A stretch of DNA of 63,696 nucleotides, the filler included, from Ministeria vibrans ATCC 50519 (lineage: Eukaryota > Protista > Filasterea), in the NCBI GenBank assembly GCA_943704425.1. It is 11 parts of 11 records of this genome, joined end to end, with 100 filler letters (N's around TTAATTAATTAA, not from the genome) between each part and the next. Parts side by side here need not be neighbours in the genome. Positions count along the whole stretch, not along the records: positions 51,303 to 52,783 come from CALSCP010002651.1; positions 52,884 to 56,823 come from CALSCP010001532.1; positions 56,924 to 62,492 come from CALSCP010002275.1; positions 62,593 to 63,696 come from CALSCP010000816.1; 7 more parts are not named here. One strand, written 5' to 3'. Under the pieces are notes generated by a model. That model made no database searches and had not been told where the DNA came from. It was given only the letters and a program-made list of their open reading frames with translations. Below, in pieces: positions 51,429 through 63,696 of this stretch; the first letter of the stretch is position 1, and each line of letters opens with the position of its first letter. The position numbers and the translations under genes are program-made.

Positions 51429-52783
51429 ATGTCTTCTGAGGACTCCACTGATGGATATTTCAATTTGACGCTGGGCAATGTTGTCGTGCGCCAAAAACTC
51501 GTCCAAGTGCCATGTTCCGGCACTGACGACGGCCAGCCCGAGTACATGTGCTACTTCAACATCAACTCCACCAAGTTCACAGCCTTCCTTGCCGAAGCGT
51601 GCCGCATGGTCGCGGCACACGTCCAAGACAAGTCGACGGTGATCGTTGCGCCCGAAACCGCTCCCATTGCCATGGCCCACGTCCTCCGTCACCAGTACGG
51701 CTTTCAGGTGCCCACCATTGGGGTTATACGGATCCATCTGAGCGACCATCTTACGTTCTGGGGGTGTTTGTGTTTGTTTGTGCGACTGTCTGTCACTTTG
51801 TTTCTTTCTCTCTATCATCCTCTCTCTCTCTCTCTCTTTCTCTTTCTTTCTCTTTCTCTCTCTATCACTTTGTTTCTTTCTTCCTCTGTCTCTGCCTCTG
51901 TCTCTGCCTCTCTATTTCTGTCTCTGTGTATAGGTCCAATTGATGGCTAAGAAACCTCGCTTGTGCGACTCGGACAGCACCACTTCATTCGAAGAAGTGT
52001 ACAGTGCTGCGACTTCAACCGAGATCAAGCATCTGCATTTCAGCGGGTTCGACGAGGGCATTGCCTACACGCCGGGCGAGACGCCGCTTGTGCTCCTGGA
52101 CAATGTTGTTACGACAGGTGGTACCCTTGCCGCCACTTGTCGCCTGTTGCGCAAATTTGACGCAAACGCACGCATTCGCCAGGCGGTAGTGATTTACACA
52201 GAGGGCAGCGAACCCTTTGCGACGGTGCCCATCTCGGAAGACGAACAGGTTGAGGTGGTGGCACTGGGCGGTCACATTCCCATTCTGCGTCAAGCGCAAC
52301 TTGCCTTTGCCGGCTCGCCCATCCTCGTGGATCGTCCACTACAGCCCGAATTCACCTGGAAATCCTCAGCACGATTTCCCACCTACTTCTCGCAGCCGCG
52401 CAACGTACATCTCGCCGTCTTCGAGAATGTCCATGGCAAGTCTGCGCTGGCTCTGGCCGGACCCGACACATTCGTTGCGGGCCAAGAAAACGCGCAAAAC
52501 CGCTGGGAGAATGTGCTGGTGCGCGTTCACGACGCATGTATCACCTCCGAGTGCTTTCACTCGTGCAAGTGCGACTGTCGCGAGCAGCTAGAAATGGCGC
52601 TCCGGCGGGTGGGACGCGAAGGGGGAATGGTGATCTATTTGTTCCAGGAGGGCCGTGGCATTGGCATTGGGAACAAGATGAAGGCGTACTACTATCAACA
52701 GATGGCGCTGTACAATACGGTGCAGGCGAACCGTGCGCTGGGGCTGCCCGACGATGCGCGCTCTTACGTGGCCGTACGCGACA
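51429..52783 (+). CDS. Phosphoribosyltransferase - GTP cyclohydrolase II fusion, 3'-partial
   Basis: The PRPP loop VLLDNVVTTGGT and the RibA motifs VRVHDAC, CKCDCREQL and QEGRGIGIGNK lie in the same exon. Confidence 0.85.
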
Positions 52784-52960
52784 NNNNNNNNNNNNNNNNN
52801 NNNNNNNNNNNNNNNNNNNNNNNNNNNTTAATTAATTAANNNNNNNNNNNNNNNNNNNNNNNNNNNNNNNNNNNNNNNNNNNNCGAAATTCTGCCGAGAT
52901 TCTGCGCGTCCCCGCGTCGGTCTATTTTATATATTATAAAGTCTGCCAACTCACCCTCGT

Positions 52961-55900
52961 TTGTGCACAGATGACTCCGTCCTGACGTGGAGTGCCCACT
53001 CGCGTGATCGTAGTACCTCGCGTATGTTTCCGGTGCCCACAGCGCTTCAACCGCCGCCGCTGGCACCCGAATCGACATCGCCGCGGAAGAAACGCTTCGT
53101 GTCTCGCGCCAACTGTGGCACCACCTCTCTGGTAGTACGCCGTGCGGGCGCAAAACACTCCTCGGACCCTCCTCCTCCACCCAAGCCCATCACTTCGGCA
53201 ACGGTGGCCGCCGCAGCCGCCGCCACGGCCGCTTTCGAGCAGTCGTCCATCATGGCCAATGCGTCGCCGTACGGGCCCCCACCGCCCTCTCTGCCGAAAC
53301 GCCACCAGCCCTACTACACCCCTATCAACTTTGAAGATTACTTGCCGTCCAACTCGTCGTCGAGTACGCTCTCCAAGCCGACCAGTCTCGCGTCGCGCCA
53401 CAACGCAAACAGCCGTGCGTCGTCGCCTCCCGGTGCCGACACCGCTTCTTCGCGCAACACCACGGCAGACGACGACGCGACCAGTATGGCATCGTCAGCC
53501 ATTTCAACAAGCCCGACCATGCCCTTGTCAGATGCCACCTCTACTCGTACTGCGGCAGCAGCGCCATTAGGCGGTGATGCTGTACGTGACACACTTGTGC
53601 GCCACCACCGTCGTAACGTCTCCTACCCGCCACTTCCGCCCAACCTACCATCCTCGCCCCCGCCCCCACCACCCTCTGTTTACACTGCGCCGGCCAGCGA
53701 CGAATCGTGCTCCGTCACTCCCATGAACTCTCCCAAGAAATCTCACAGTGTGCGCCGTCAGCCGTCGTCGTCGTCGTCGCACCCTGTCTCGTTGCACCAG
53801 CCCGACCATTTGCCTCCACCCTACTCGGCCGAACACATTTTGCGCACACATCGTCGACCCAAGGACCGCAGCTCGTCAAACAGCTCGCGCGACGCCCCTG
53901 GCGAGACGAGCCGCCGTCGTCGCCATGCCTACGACGAACGCGAACGCAAACTGCGCGAAACTCAAATGTCCGCACACAAAAGCCGTCTTGCCGAAGATGG
54001 ACTGCAGGCAGTCGTTCGCTCCGCCGCACTCGCCGTCGAGTTTCCCGAGCAAGAAGAACTCATCGAGCACCCACAGCTCACACCCAGCTTACCCTCTTGT
54101 GACACCCTAACTGACTCTGCTACCACACTCATTGCATCCTCCGCAAACGGAGTTCTTCCTCACGACAGCAATGAAAACGACGAGGCATCATTTCCCTTTC
54201 CTCCTTGGCCTTGCCGCACCGATAATGCACAGTTTGTCGACAACATCTTTGACGCTCTGCCCTCCAGCGGCTCTCCTTGGTCCAGCAATCGCGACGTCAC
54301 CCCCACCACCACCACCACCGTCACCACCACCAACACTACCACCACCCCTACTACCAATAACAACAACACCACCAACAACAACTCGCCAACAACGACGACA
54401 ACGGGCGCACATGACCACCTCCACACCACACCACAGCCATCGCAGCAAATGATGGACACGTCCGCCATGATCCCGTCCGCCTCGTCCACCTTCAAGCCAC
54501 ACCGCCCTCAGCGTCAACCGGGCATGCTTCCTCCTCGTGCTGGCAGCTTTGTCACCCTTTCCCCCGGCTCCTCCATTGTTCTCTCGCCCACGCATCAACA
54601 CCGCCAACCTCACTATGCACAACATCAGCAGCAGCAACAACAGCGACAATCGCAACGGGCTCAACAAACCGATACATCTAGTGACGAAGGCTTTACCTCA
54701 TTAGACGACGACGACCCTCAACACGCACGACCACGACCGCCACAGCAACAGCAACAGCAACATCGTTCACACTTGCATCATAAAGCTCCGTCGCCCTCTC
54801 TCCCGCCGTACCCTGTCAGCTCTCCTCCCACTCCCCCACCGCCCATGACTTCTCCTCCGCCCCACCCCAATCGATTTGCCTCACAGTCCTCCATTGCTTC
54901 CACCGACTTTGGCGGTGCTCGCTCTGCCAAGATCTTTGGTGATGGCGGTAGCATCCACTCGACGCCCGTCACTTTCTCAACGCGCGAGCAGGCATCCACC
55001 TACGTGGCTGCCTCGATCGACTGTTGGCTCAGCGACTACCCCAACGAGGACTTGTCGGCGCTCATGGCCGCCTCAATGCATGCACCCACATCGCTCCATC
55101 CCTCCATTCGTGGTGCAGGTGCCAAACCCAACACAGCTGTGCCACCTTCTCGCCAAGCAGGCATGGCCAATGCCTCTAGTGCCTTCTCGTCCTCCTCATC
55201 GCCCTACCGCCACACGCACGGCACCGAACCGTCATCGGCGAGTGCCTGCATGCCCGCCGCTCCCGTCATCTACCACCAGAAGCAACAAATCCAGGCGTCG
55301 TTCCGCTCGGACATTCGCCCCGCCGTCCTCGACCAGGCGGCTGTCGTCATGACCCACATTGAACTGCACTTTGAGAACCTCTTTCAGCAGGCGGCCGAGC
55401 GCAAGCGTCGTCGTGCCCAGCTCGAGGACGTCATGACCAACCTGCACTTGTTACCCGACCAGTGCGCCAGTTTGCGCGATCGTCTCCGCGCCAAAGAGTC
55501 CTCTTACCTGCGCATGCGACGTGTCAAGTTGCGCATCAATGCCTTCACACGCATTCAAACCATTGGTGTGGGCGCCTTTGGCGAAGTTGCGCTAGTGCGC
55601 AAGAACGCGACTGACCAACTTTTTGCCATGAAGATTCTCAGCAAGGACGACGTCTACTCGAAGCACCAGGTGCCGCATGTCAAGGCAGAGCGCGACATCC
55701 TTGCCATTGCGGACAGCGACTGGATCGTCAAGCTGTACTTTGCCTTCCACGACCATCGTGCCCTCTACTTTGTCCTTGAATTTGTCCCCGGCGGTGACCT
55801 CATGAACCTGCTTATCCGTTTTGGCCGCTTCCCCGAGCCTATGGCGCGCTTTTACATTGCTGAGCTCACTATGGCCATTGGCGCCGTGCACGAACTCGGC

Positions 55901-56586
55901 TTCTGCCACCGTGACATCAAGCCCGACAATGTCCTCGTCGACCGCAATGGTCATCTCAAGCTTGCTGACTTTGGTCTCTGCACCAGCGTAAGACAAGAAT
56001 AAATTTTCTCTTCTGAAAAAAAAAACTTATTACTTTTATATTTCTATTATTTTGTGTGTGTGTGTGTGTGTGTGTGGTATAGTTTCGTACGGTGCACAAC
56101 ACTGCGGCCTTTTACGCTGAAACACCCTCCAGAAGCACGCCACTTCAAAGCAGTCCGCACCCGCACCCGCACCCACACCACCAAAACCTCCAGCAGCAAC
56201 AACAGCACCAACAGGCGCTGCACCAGCGCAGCAACAGCACCACCGCCAGTACTTCTTCCCACCACCTCCACCCTCACCTCGACTCCTCCCATCATGCCCG
56301 TGAACTCTCCCTTGTCGGCACACCCAACTACATTGCTCCAGAGGTCCTTCTGCGTCGCTACGGAAGGTACATAAAAAAGACCCTACTGCACTCAACAATC
56401 TCATTTGGCTCCTATTCTTTTTTCCTTCCTCCAGTGAGTGTGACTGGTGGTCAATGGGTGTCATTCTCTATGAGTAAGAGCTGCTTCTTTCATTTTTATG
56501 TCATACTCACTATGTATTGTTTTTTTTAGGTGTCTCTATGGTATCACTCCTTTTAACTCAGAATCGCCAGAGCAGACCAAAGCAAA
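52961..56586 (+). CDS. LATS/Warts (NDR-family) Ser/Thr kinase, partial
   Basis: NTR KESSYLRMRR; IGVGAFGEV, HVKAERDILA, GGDLMNLLI, HRDIKPDN, DFGLCT and SLVGTPNYIAPEVL; long low-complexity N-terminus containing PPPY. Confidence 0.88.
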
Positions 56587-56756
56587 GTAAGATTATGTGT
56601 GTGTTTTTTTAAAAAAAAATGCTGAATTGTCTCTGACGAGTGTTTGTCTCTATCACTTTGTGTCTTCCTTCTCTCTCTATCACTTTATTTCTCTCTCTTT
56701 ATTACTTTGTTTCTCTCTCTCTCTCTCTATCACTTTGTGTTTCTTTCTTCCTCCTT

Positions 56757-56807
<51 letters not shown>

Positions 56808-56923
56808 GATGTCTCTTACAACTNNNNNNNNNNNNNNNNNNNNNNNNNNNNNNNNNNNNNNNNNNNNTTAATTAATTAANNNNNNNNNNNNNNNNNNNNN
56901 NNNNNNNNNNNNNNNNNNNNNNN

Positions 56924-58623
56924 CTTTCTTTCTTTCTTTCTCTTTTCTACCTTCCACATGCACATCATAAAGGGGTAGTTCCAAGGGACAACAAGACCAC
57001 AAACACCGACAGGGTTGATGCGAGTGAAGCAGATGTTGGCGGAGGGACGCGACGCATTGATAGGAATGGTGCGACCGCTAATCTTGTCGCAGAGTCCTGC
57101 AAAGTAGCGGAGCGTATCAATGGACATGCCAATGTGCGTCTTGACGGCGAGCGTGTAGACGGCGCCCGAATCAAGCGACTCAATGGTGGCGAGTTCTTCG
57201 CGATCACGGTCCATAAGGTCCGCCAGGCGCATAAGAAGCTTGCCACGGTCACGAGCGCTCATGCGGCGCCAAGGCGCGTTGGACGCAAACGCTGTCTGAG
57301 CGGCCGCCACGGCCGTGTCCACGTCAGCAGACGTCGCCTGAGCAATGTCGGCAAGACTCTCTTCGGTCGACGGGTCAATGGTGGGACGTGTCTTGCCGTC
57401 TGACGAGTCGACAAATCGACCGTTGATGAAGAGCTGTGTCGGGAAGGAGACGGTGCGGCCGTTGGGCGCGTCCACCGAGACGCTGGAGAAGTTGAGGGCA
57501 GCGGCGGCGTCGCCCTTGCTGCGGAGTTGCTTGATGAAGAGGGCACGGAATTGACCGTATTGCGTCGCATTGAGGAAGTCATCGGTGCTGATGGTCACGT
57601 CACACTTGGCCTGCAGTGCCTCAACGACACGCGTCGTGTCCATGCTGCCGGCGCCCGACGCAAAAAAATCCGTCTCGTCCGTCAGTGACTCCACGCCCAG
57701 CACGGTGAGCCACACGCCACGCGCAACTTCCTCCTGCGCCTTCTCCTCGGTCGTCAGCGAGCTCATGTCAATCTCGTTGGCGGCGTCGTCGGCCACGTCG
57801 AGCAGTGCCGACGCCGCGAGGTTCTTGGTGCCACGACGCGCTTTGACAAATCGCACAAATTGCCCGTCGCCACAGGCGACAGTCACACCGGCTGCGCTCA
57901 CGACGGCACGCACCGAATCGGGCGCACCATCGATGGTCACGGCGACACCGTCTGCCGGCATGCTCACGTCGGTGCGGGTCGAGCCGAAAAAGGTCACACG
58001 CTCGCCGTTGACCATGGTCCAGGCGCCGGGCACACTGTCCGATCCACGCACAAAGTTGTGCACCGTCTGCGCGTCCTTGGAGAAGTCGATTTGAGCCTTC
58101 TCGGCGTCGTTCCACATCTCGTCGTAGCAGGCACCCTCCTCGCTCTGCTTGATGCGCGGCGCCGAGCCGTCCTCGAGCTGGTTCACCGCATCCACCAGAC
58201 CGCGAACACCCTCGGGGAAGAGGAAACGCGTGTAAACAGAGTTGACCGTGTCGTCGGCGAGGAGAGGCGTCGAGCGCTGAAGCAAAATCTCGCCCGTGTC
58301 CAGTCCCTCGTCGGGGTAGAAGATGGAGAAGCCCGCCTCGGCACGGCCGCTCATAATGGTCCAGTTGATGGCCGACGCGCCGCGATGCAGTGGCAGCATC
58401 GACGGATGGTAGCAGATGGCGCCGAAACGCGGCGTGTTGCAAATCTCGAGGGGAATAAACTGCGACACAAACGCCATGACGGCAACGTCGGCGCCCGTCG
58501 CCTTGAACTCCTCGAGAATCTCCGGGATCACAACGCCCTTGGTGCGCCAGCGCTTGTACTTGAACACAGGCACGTTCAGTTCCTAGTGAGTGCGAACCAA
58601 ATCGATTGTCGTCAAAAAAAAAA

Positions 58624-58659
<36 letters not shown>

Positions 58660-59050
58660 TCAGGCGAGTCCAAGACAAAGGGGAAAGGGGAGAAACAAAC
58701 GCCGAAGTACATCGGCATGCGGAGTACTTGCAGTAGGGCAAGGGTGGGGCCAAACGACGTACAAAAGCGAGCGAAACGAGCGAAGGAAAAAAAGAAGCGT
58801 GCGAGAGATTGTGTGTGTGTCAAAAGTCAGACGAAATATCGTCATCGATGTCGACCACACTGTCTCAATGCACGGCACTCACGGTGACATCCGCAGTGGC
58901 GTGTACCTTGGCCTGCACAGCAACGGCGTCTTCGCGCTTTTTGTCGGGAATGGTGAATGCGCCGACAATCTCGTGTCCGGCTTCTTTGAGCGCTTTCAGG
59001 ACGGCAGCGCCAAAGGGCGCCTGGCCGATAAGAGCAACTTTGAGTGGCAT
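56924..59050 (-). CDS. ALDH1L: 10-formyltetrahydrofolate dehydrogenase (formyltransferase-ACP-ALDH), 3'-partial
   Basis: YHPSMLPLHRGASAINWT and GLDTG; carrier domain DFFASGAGSMD; ALDH region GAVYTLAVKTHIGMSI and VPWNYP. Confidence 0.93.
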
Positions 59051-59792
59051 GGTACTAGGTTTCGTTCGGAAAACAAGAAAAAAAGTGATCAAGTCACAAN
59101 NNNNNNNNNNNNNNNNNNNNNNNNNNNNNNNNNNNNNNNNNNNNNNNNNNNNNNNNNNNNNNNNNNNNNNNNNNNNNNNNNNNNNNNNNNNNNNNNNNNN
59201 NNNNNNNNNNNNNNNNNNNNNNNNNNNNNNNNNNNNNNNNNNNNNNNNNNNNNNNNNNNNNNNNNNNNNNNNNNNNNNNNNNNNNNNNNNNNNNNNNNAG
59301 TCACAAGTCATTGTGATGAAGTGAGTGAAATTTGGCTTAATGGTTTCCTAGTTCCAAAAAAAACACAATTCTTCTGACGACAACCATTGCCAAAAACACA
59401 ATCCAACTCGGCGTCGACGTCGAGTCATTCGTCATTAATGTCCCTGACTCACTCCTGAAGAAGAATGTGTGTCGCCCAAAGAAGAAAGGTGGGAGAAAAT
59501 GTGGAGAAAATAATGAAATTTGAACAAACCAATTTATTTATTCAAAGTCTTCTCTGACCGCTCTTTTTTGCGTCCACCTTGAACCTTGCTAAGTATCTGC
59601 CATCTGGTTTTACTGCGACAAGGAGAACCCCATTATTGTACGTGACTGTGCGCTGACGGGGTGTGTTGATTTTGGCGGTTACTGCGCACAAGCACTGCGC
59701 TCCTACCCAGAACTTCCTCGATTCCCTTTGCCATGCACCATCCAACGACGCGCGCAGAATCTCCTCGCCTCTCCTTTCCTATTTCCTTTTTT

Positions 59793-59823
<31 letters not shown>

Positions 59824-59982
59824 CGTTCTCGTTTTGTCCTCAGACCCTCGCGACCCGTTTTTGCTTGTTTTTTGGTTGGCCAGGAGTGTAGGACTTGGGT
59901 GTCAGTACACGTCGTGGTTAGCTGTGTGCATTTGGAGCTGTTTTCGCCCGTCCTAAATGTATCGTTTCTGTTTCTCCAGAAA

Positions 59983-60691
59983 ATGCTGCGTCTAACGCTT
60001 GCGCTTATTGCGTTGGTGGCATTGACGTCTGTGACGTCTATGGTCGCCTTGGGAATGGAGGCGACGGCCGACGACGAGCTCTTCGGCAATCCGTTTAGCG
60101 ACGACCTTTACGTTTTTGCCAACGAGAAGACGCCCTCGTCGCCCCTGTGCGGCCGCGTGCTTCTCACGTCCACCTTGGACAAGCCTGAGTCCGACTGGAC
60201 TCTCAGCGCCTTTGAAATTCGCGATGGCGCTGCCCGACTGGTGAGACTCGCGATAATGTTTTTTTTTGTTATAAAAAGAATTAATCGCTTTTAGACGCCA
60301 CTCGCTGAAACGAGCGACTTCGACACGCCTATGCTCATGGTCCCTATTGAGATTCCTACGAAAACTCCCTCCGTTGCGGTGCTCCGCGTTGCCTTCCGCA
60401 CCCACGGTGTCTGTGCCGGCGCCAAAGCTCGTTTGTTGTACGTAATTATCGAAAGGTCATCACGGACTGCCCGAAACTCACTCGCTCCACCCATCCCTAC
60501 TTGCAGGGGGTCGGGTCGTGAGACTAGCTTTGCGATGAAACAGGGTGAGGGAGAAGTGATTCAGGAATTCGACACACCGTTGGCTGGTGTCTCTGGCAAT
60601 GCCACTGTTGTCTTTATTCCTGGGAATGGTAAGACGTAGCCTACAAGAAAGAGAGCGCAGGGGGGTGGGGGGGGACAGTGATAGAGAGAGG

Positions 60692-60723
<32 letters not shown>

Positions 60724-61658
60724 CAGAGACAGAGACAGAGACAGAGACAGAGACAGAGACAGAGACAGACAAAGACAGAGACAGAGACAGAGACAGAGAG
60801 AGAGAGAGAGAGAGAGAGTTTAACGAAGTGATAGAGAGACAGAGAGAGATTGAGAGAGAGAGAGTTTAACGAAGTGATAGAGAGACAGAGAGAGGAGCAA
60901 GAAACAAAGTGATAGAGAGAGAACCAACAGGGGAGAGATATCAAAGTGATAGTAAGGAGGGAGAGAGATACAAAGTGATAGAGAGAGATTGAGAGAAGCG
61001 AGAGGGAAACAAAGTGATAGAGATTAAAGAGCTTTATAGGGGCAGAGAGAAGAAGGGAGAAAAGAACTAAGAGAGAGAAACAAACAACAAACATCAACTT
61101 CTCGTTTTTAGACGCCTCATGTGAATCGTGGCTCATCTCTGACTTGGACATCTCGATTGAATGCGATTCGCTCAAATCTGTCGAGCGTCCCACTCGTCGT
61201 TGGTGGTGTGGCAGCTACCAATCGAGTCAGAATTCCTGGAGCTGTCCCGGCGGCAGTTACAAACATGGTTCATGCTGTTCTTACTGCCCGAAAGGATGGT
61301 ACTGCCCCGGTGATGAAAAAGCTAACAAGGTTGGAGCACACATACCCCCTTAATAGCACACACGGAACGGACAACCTCACCACCCTTTTGCCACGTTTAG
61401 TGCCCCACTGGAAAGTACGGCGCATATTATGCCGCAAAGTCTTGCTCAAACTGCCCCGCGGGAACTTATCAGGACGGCGGAAGAACATATCCCGGCTCTT
61501 GCTACTGTACCTTCACACACTTTCAGACTCCACAGGAACACCGCACATAATTTTTTTTTTCTCCGTTCCTCTTTTTTTTCTTCTTTCTATAGCGTGTCCC
61601 GCTGGCAAGTACTCCCCGTCCGTCTCAAGCTCTTGCAGAGCCTGCCCCACTGGTATAC

Positions 61659-61733
<75 letters not shown>

Positions 61734-62262
61734 TAGTATTAACAATGCTCCTTTGCCAGACAAGTACAGTCCCTCCAAATCCTCTGGGTGTTCAAACTGC
61801 CCCGCTGCCAAATACGCCAAGAGCGACGAGACAGGCTGTGCCAACTGCCCGCCAGGCAAAGCGCGTGCCTCGGGCCAGACCAAGTGCTACGATTGTGCGG
61901 GTGGTCGCTACGGATACCAATACGCTCAGACATCGTAAAGAAAGAAAAAAAAAAAAAAGCAACTTGCGTCTTGTTCTCATATTATATTTTTCACGTAGGT
62001 GCCGTTCATGTCCCAAGGGAAAGTACCGTTCCGGAACGGGCGCCAAGTCATCCTCGCAATGTACTGCCTGCAATTCTGGGCGCTTCTCTGCCAAGTTGGC
62101 TGCCGCATATTCCTCCGACTGTCAGGGTTGCGAACAAGGCAAGTACTCGGCAGCCGGCTCTAGCGTGTGCTCCTTATGTGCTGCAGGAAAGTACACCAAG
62201 TCATCTTCCTCGTCCTCGTGCGAGAGCTGCCCCGCCGGCAAGATCTCGAACTCGGCCCGAAA
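59983..62262 (+). CDS. Secreted protein with CxxCPxG Cys-rich repeats, 3'-partial
   Basis: Signal peptide MLRLTLALIALVAL; multiple exons with CPAGKYS/CEQGKYS repeats. Confidence 0.75.
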
Positions 62263-62436
62263 GGTATGCGCCACTTGTCTGCTGCTCTGTTCATGCTCCT
62301 TTCTCTCCTCCACGTTTGTTCTCTCTACCGCCATTACTCTCACACACTCGCTCTCTCTCTTTCTCTCTCTCTCTCTATCACTTTTTTTTTCTCTCTCTCT
62401 ATCACCTTGTTTCTTTCTCCCTCCCTCCTTTCTCAC

Positions 62437-62484
<48 letters not shown>

Positions 62485-63299
62485 CCTCCCTCNNNNNNNN
62501 NNNNNNNNNNNNNNNNNNNNNNNNNNNNNNNNNNNNTTAATTAATTAANNNNNNNNNNNNNNNNNNNNNNNNNNNNNNNNNNNNNNNNNNNNAGCAACGG
62601 CACACAACAGACTAAATGGCGGGGGGGGGGGAGAAGGCGAGAGTATTCAAGGCAAAGGGAAGCGAGTAAAGGCAAAACGTTTTCAGTTTCAATGTCGACC
62701 AACAAAAAAAAAGAGCAAAAACGAAAAAAAAAACCACAGAGACACAACTCAGGCAGGGGCGAGAGAGAGAAAGAGGTATACATGAGAGAGCGTTCACGGG
62801 GAGTGTGAGGAAGAGTGGCGCCATTGCGTGAGGAGTGACTGAAGGCAGAACCTTTATGACGTGTAAAACACAAAAAAAAGGAGTCTGACGGTGTTGAGGT
62901 TCCGTGGTGACAACCAGTAGAGTTGCGGGCGTGCTGAGGGTATGTGGGGGTGCACACAGTGGTATGGGAATGGGGCGGAGGGATACGCAGGTCGTTGAGC
63001 AAGTGCGGGTGGAGGCAAAAACGTGAGTCACACAATAAGGTCCCCCTATGAAGTTGTCGCGACGGTTCCGCCCGCCACGATCAAATATGGTAATGGTGCC
63101 GCGGACATACAACACACAGCTTGAGAAGGATAGCAGAGAAGGGGTGGGGGAAGGGAGGAGAGAGAGAGAGAGAGCAAGCAGAGGGTAAAAGGCATTTTTG
63201 CAACTCAACAAAGGAATGGAATGCGGAAAGAAGCAACGATGAGAACGCATGGGACAATGTCAAAAGGGCAGGGGGGTGTGTGTAGGGGAGGAGGGCGTA

Positions 63300-63600
63300 C
63301 TTGATCGAGAAGGCCGAGGTAGAGGCGCAGACAGCAGTCGAAGAGGGCGACAAGATTCATTGAGGACCGAACTACGACGACGTTTTCAGGGTCGGCGCGA
63401 ATCCACTCGCTGGCGGCCTGACAGACTTTGGCAACAACAACCATTCGCGGAGGATGGAGGGACGGGTCGAGGGGACCGGTAGGGGAGGGAAATTGGACGG
63501 TACAGGGCTGGTGGGACGGTTGGGGTTCGTCGAAAATGTTGAGGATGAGAAAGTGTCCGGCGTGATGCTTTTGGAGGCTATGGATCGCGGCCGAGAGCTA
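63300..63600 (-). CDS. PTEN/tensin-like phosphatase-fold exon (probably inactive), partial
   Basis: LQKHHAGHFLILN...KVCQAASEWIRADPENVVVV resembles the PTEN/tensin fold, but no HCxxGxxR motif follows. Confidence 0.6.
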
Positions 63601-63696
63601 ACGAAGAGGACGCGATGGGAATGGAGTGAGCAGGGGTGGAGGGCGGAAGGGTGGAGAGGGCGGCAGGATTGTAAGGATTTCGCTTCTTTTTTTTTT

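Noticed and set aside
57860-59377. Long plus-strand ORF
   Set aside because: It is an antisense shadow of ALDH1L that runs through an intron and Ns.
60561-61193. ORFs made of LS/ER/CL/NN/YY runs (here and elsewhere)
   Set aside because: These are translations of intronic microsatellites.

Overview
This is eukaryotic, intron-rich DNA, and it is not one locus. Ten artificial 100-nt spacers (N44-TTAATTAATTAA-N44) join 11 separate contigs, and four true N gaps are also present. The gene content (Grainyhead/CP2, LATS/Warts, ALDH1L, IP3 receptor, CELF, POT1, sterol C5 desaturase, GTP cyclohydrolase II) best fits a unicellular opisthokont, probably a holozoan (inference). Highlights: (1) Two DUF4011/SF1-helicase regions resembling the bacterial Hhe anti-phage protein appear to be halves of ONE roughly 3,900-aa gene (pseudo-helicase - 5x FN3 - intact helicase - degenerate Vsr-like domain). 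The assembly seems to have broken it at a poly-G intron tract. (2) A WD40-Roc-COR-caspase fusion. (3) A bacterial-type DUF285 surface protein in which each 25-aa repeat is its own 75-nt phase-0 exon, interrupted by captured gene fragments. (4) An intronless SLOG protein, a PRTase-RibA fusion, a secreted poly-Arg/Cys-rich protein, and a 5'-truncated LINE abutting (AAT)n. All domain calls come from motif recognition by eye; no searches were run.
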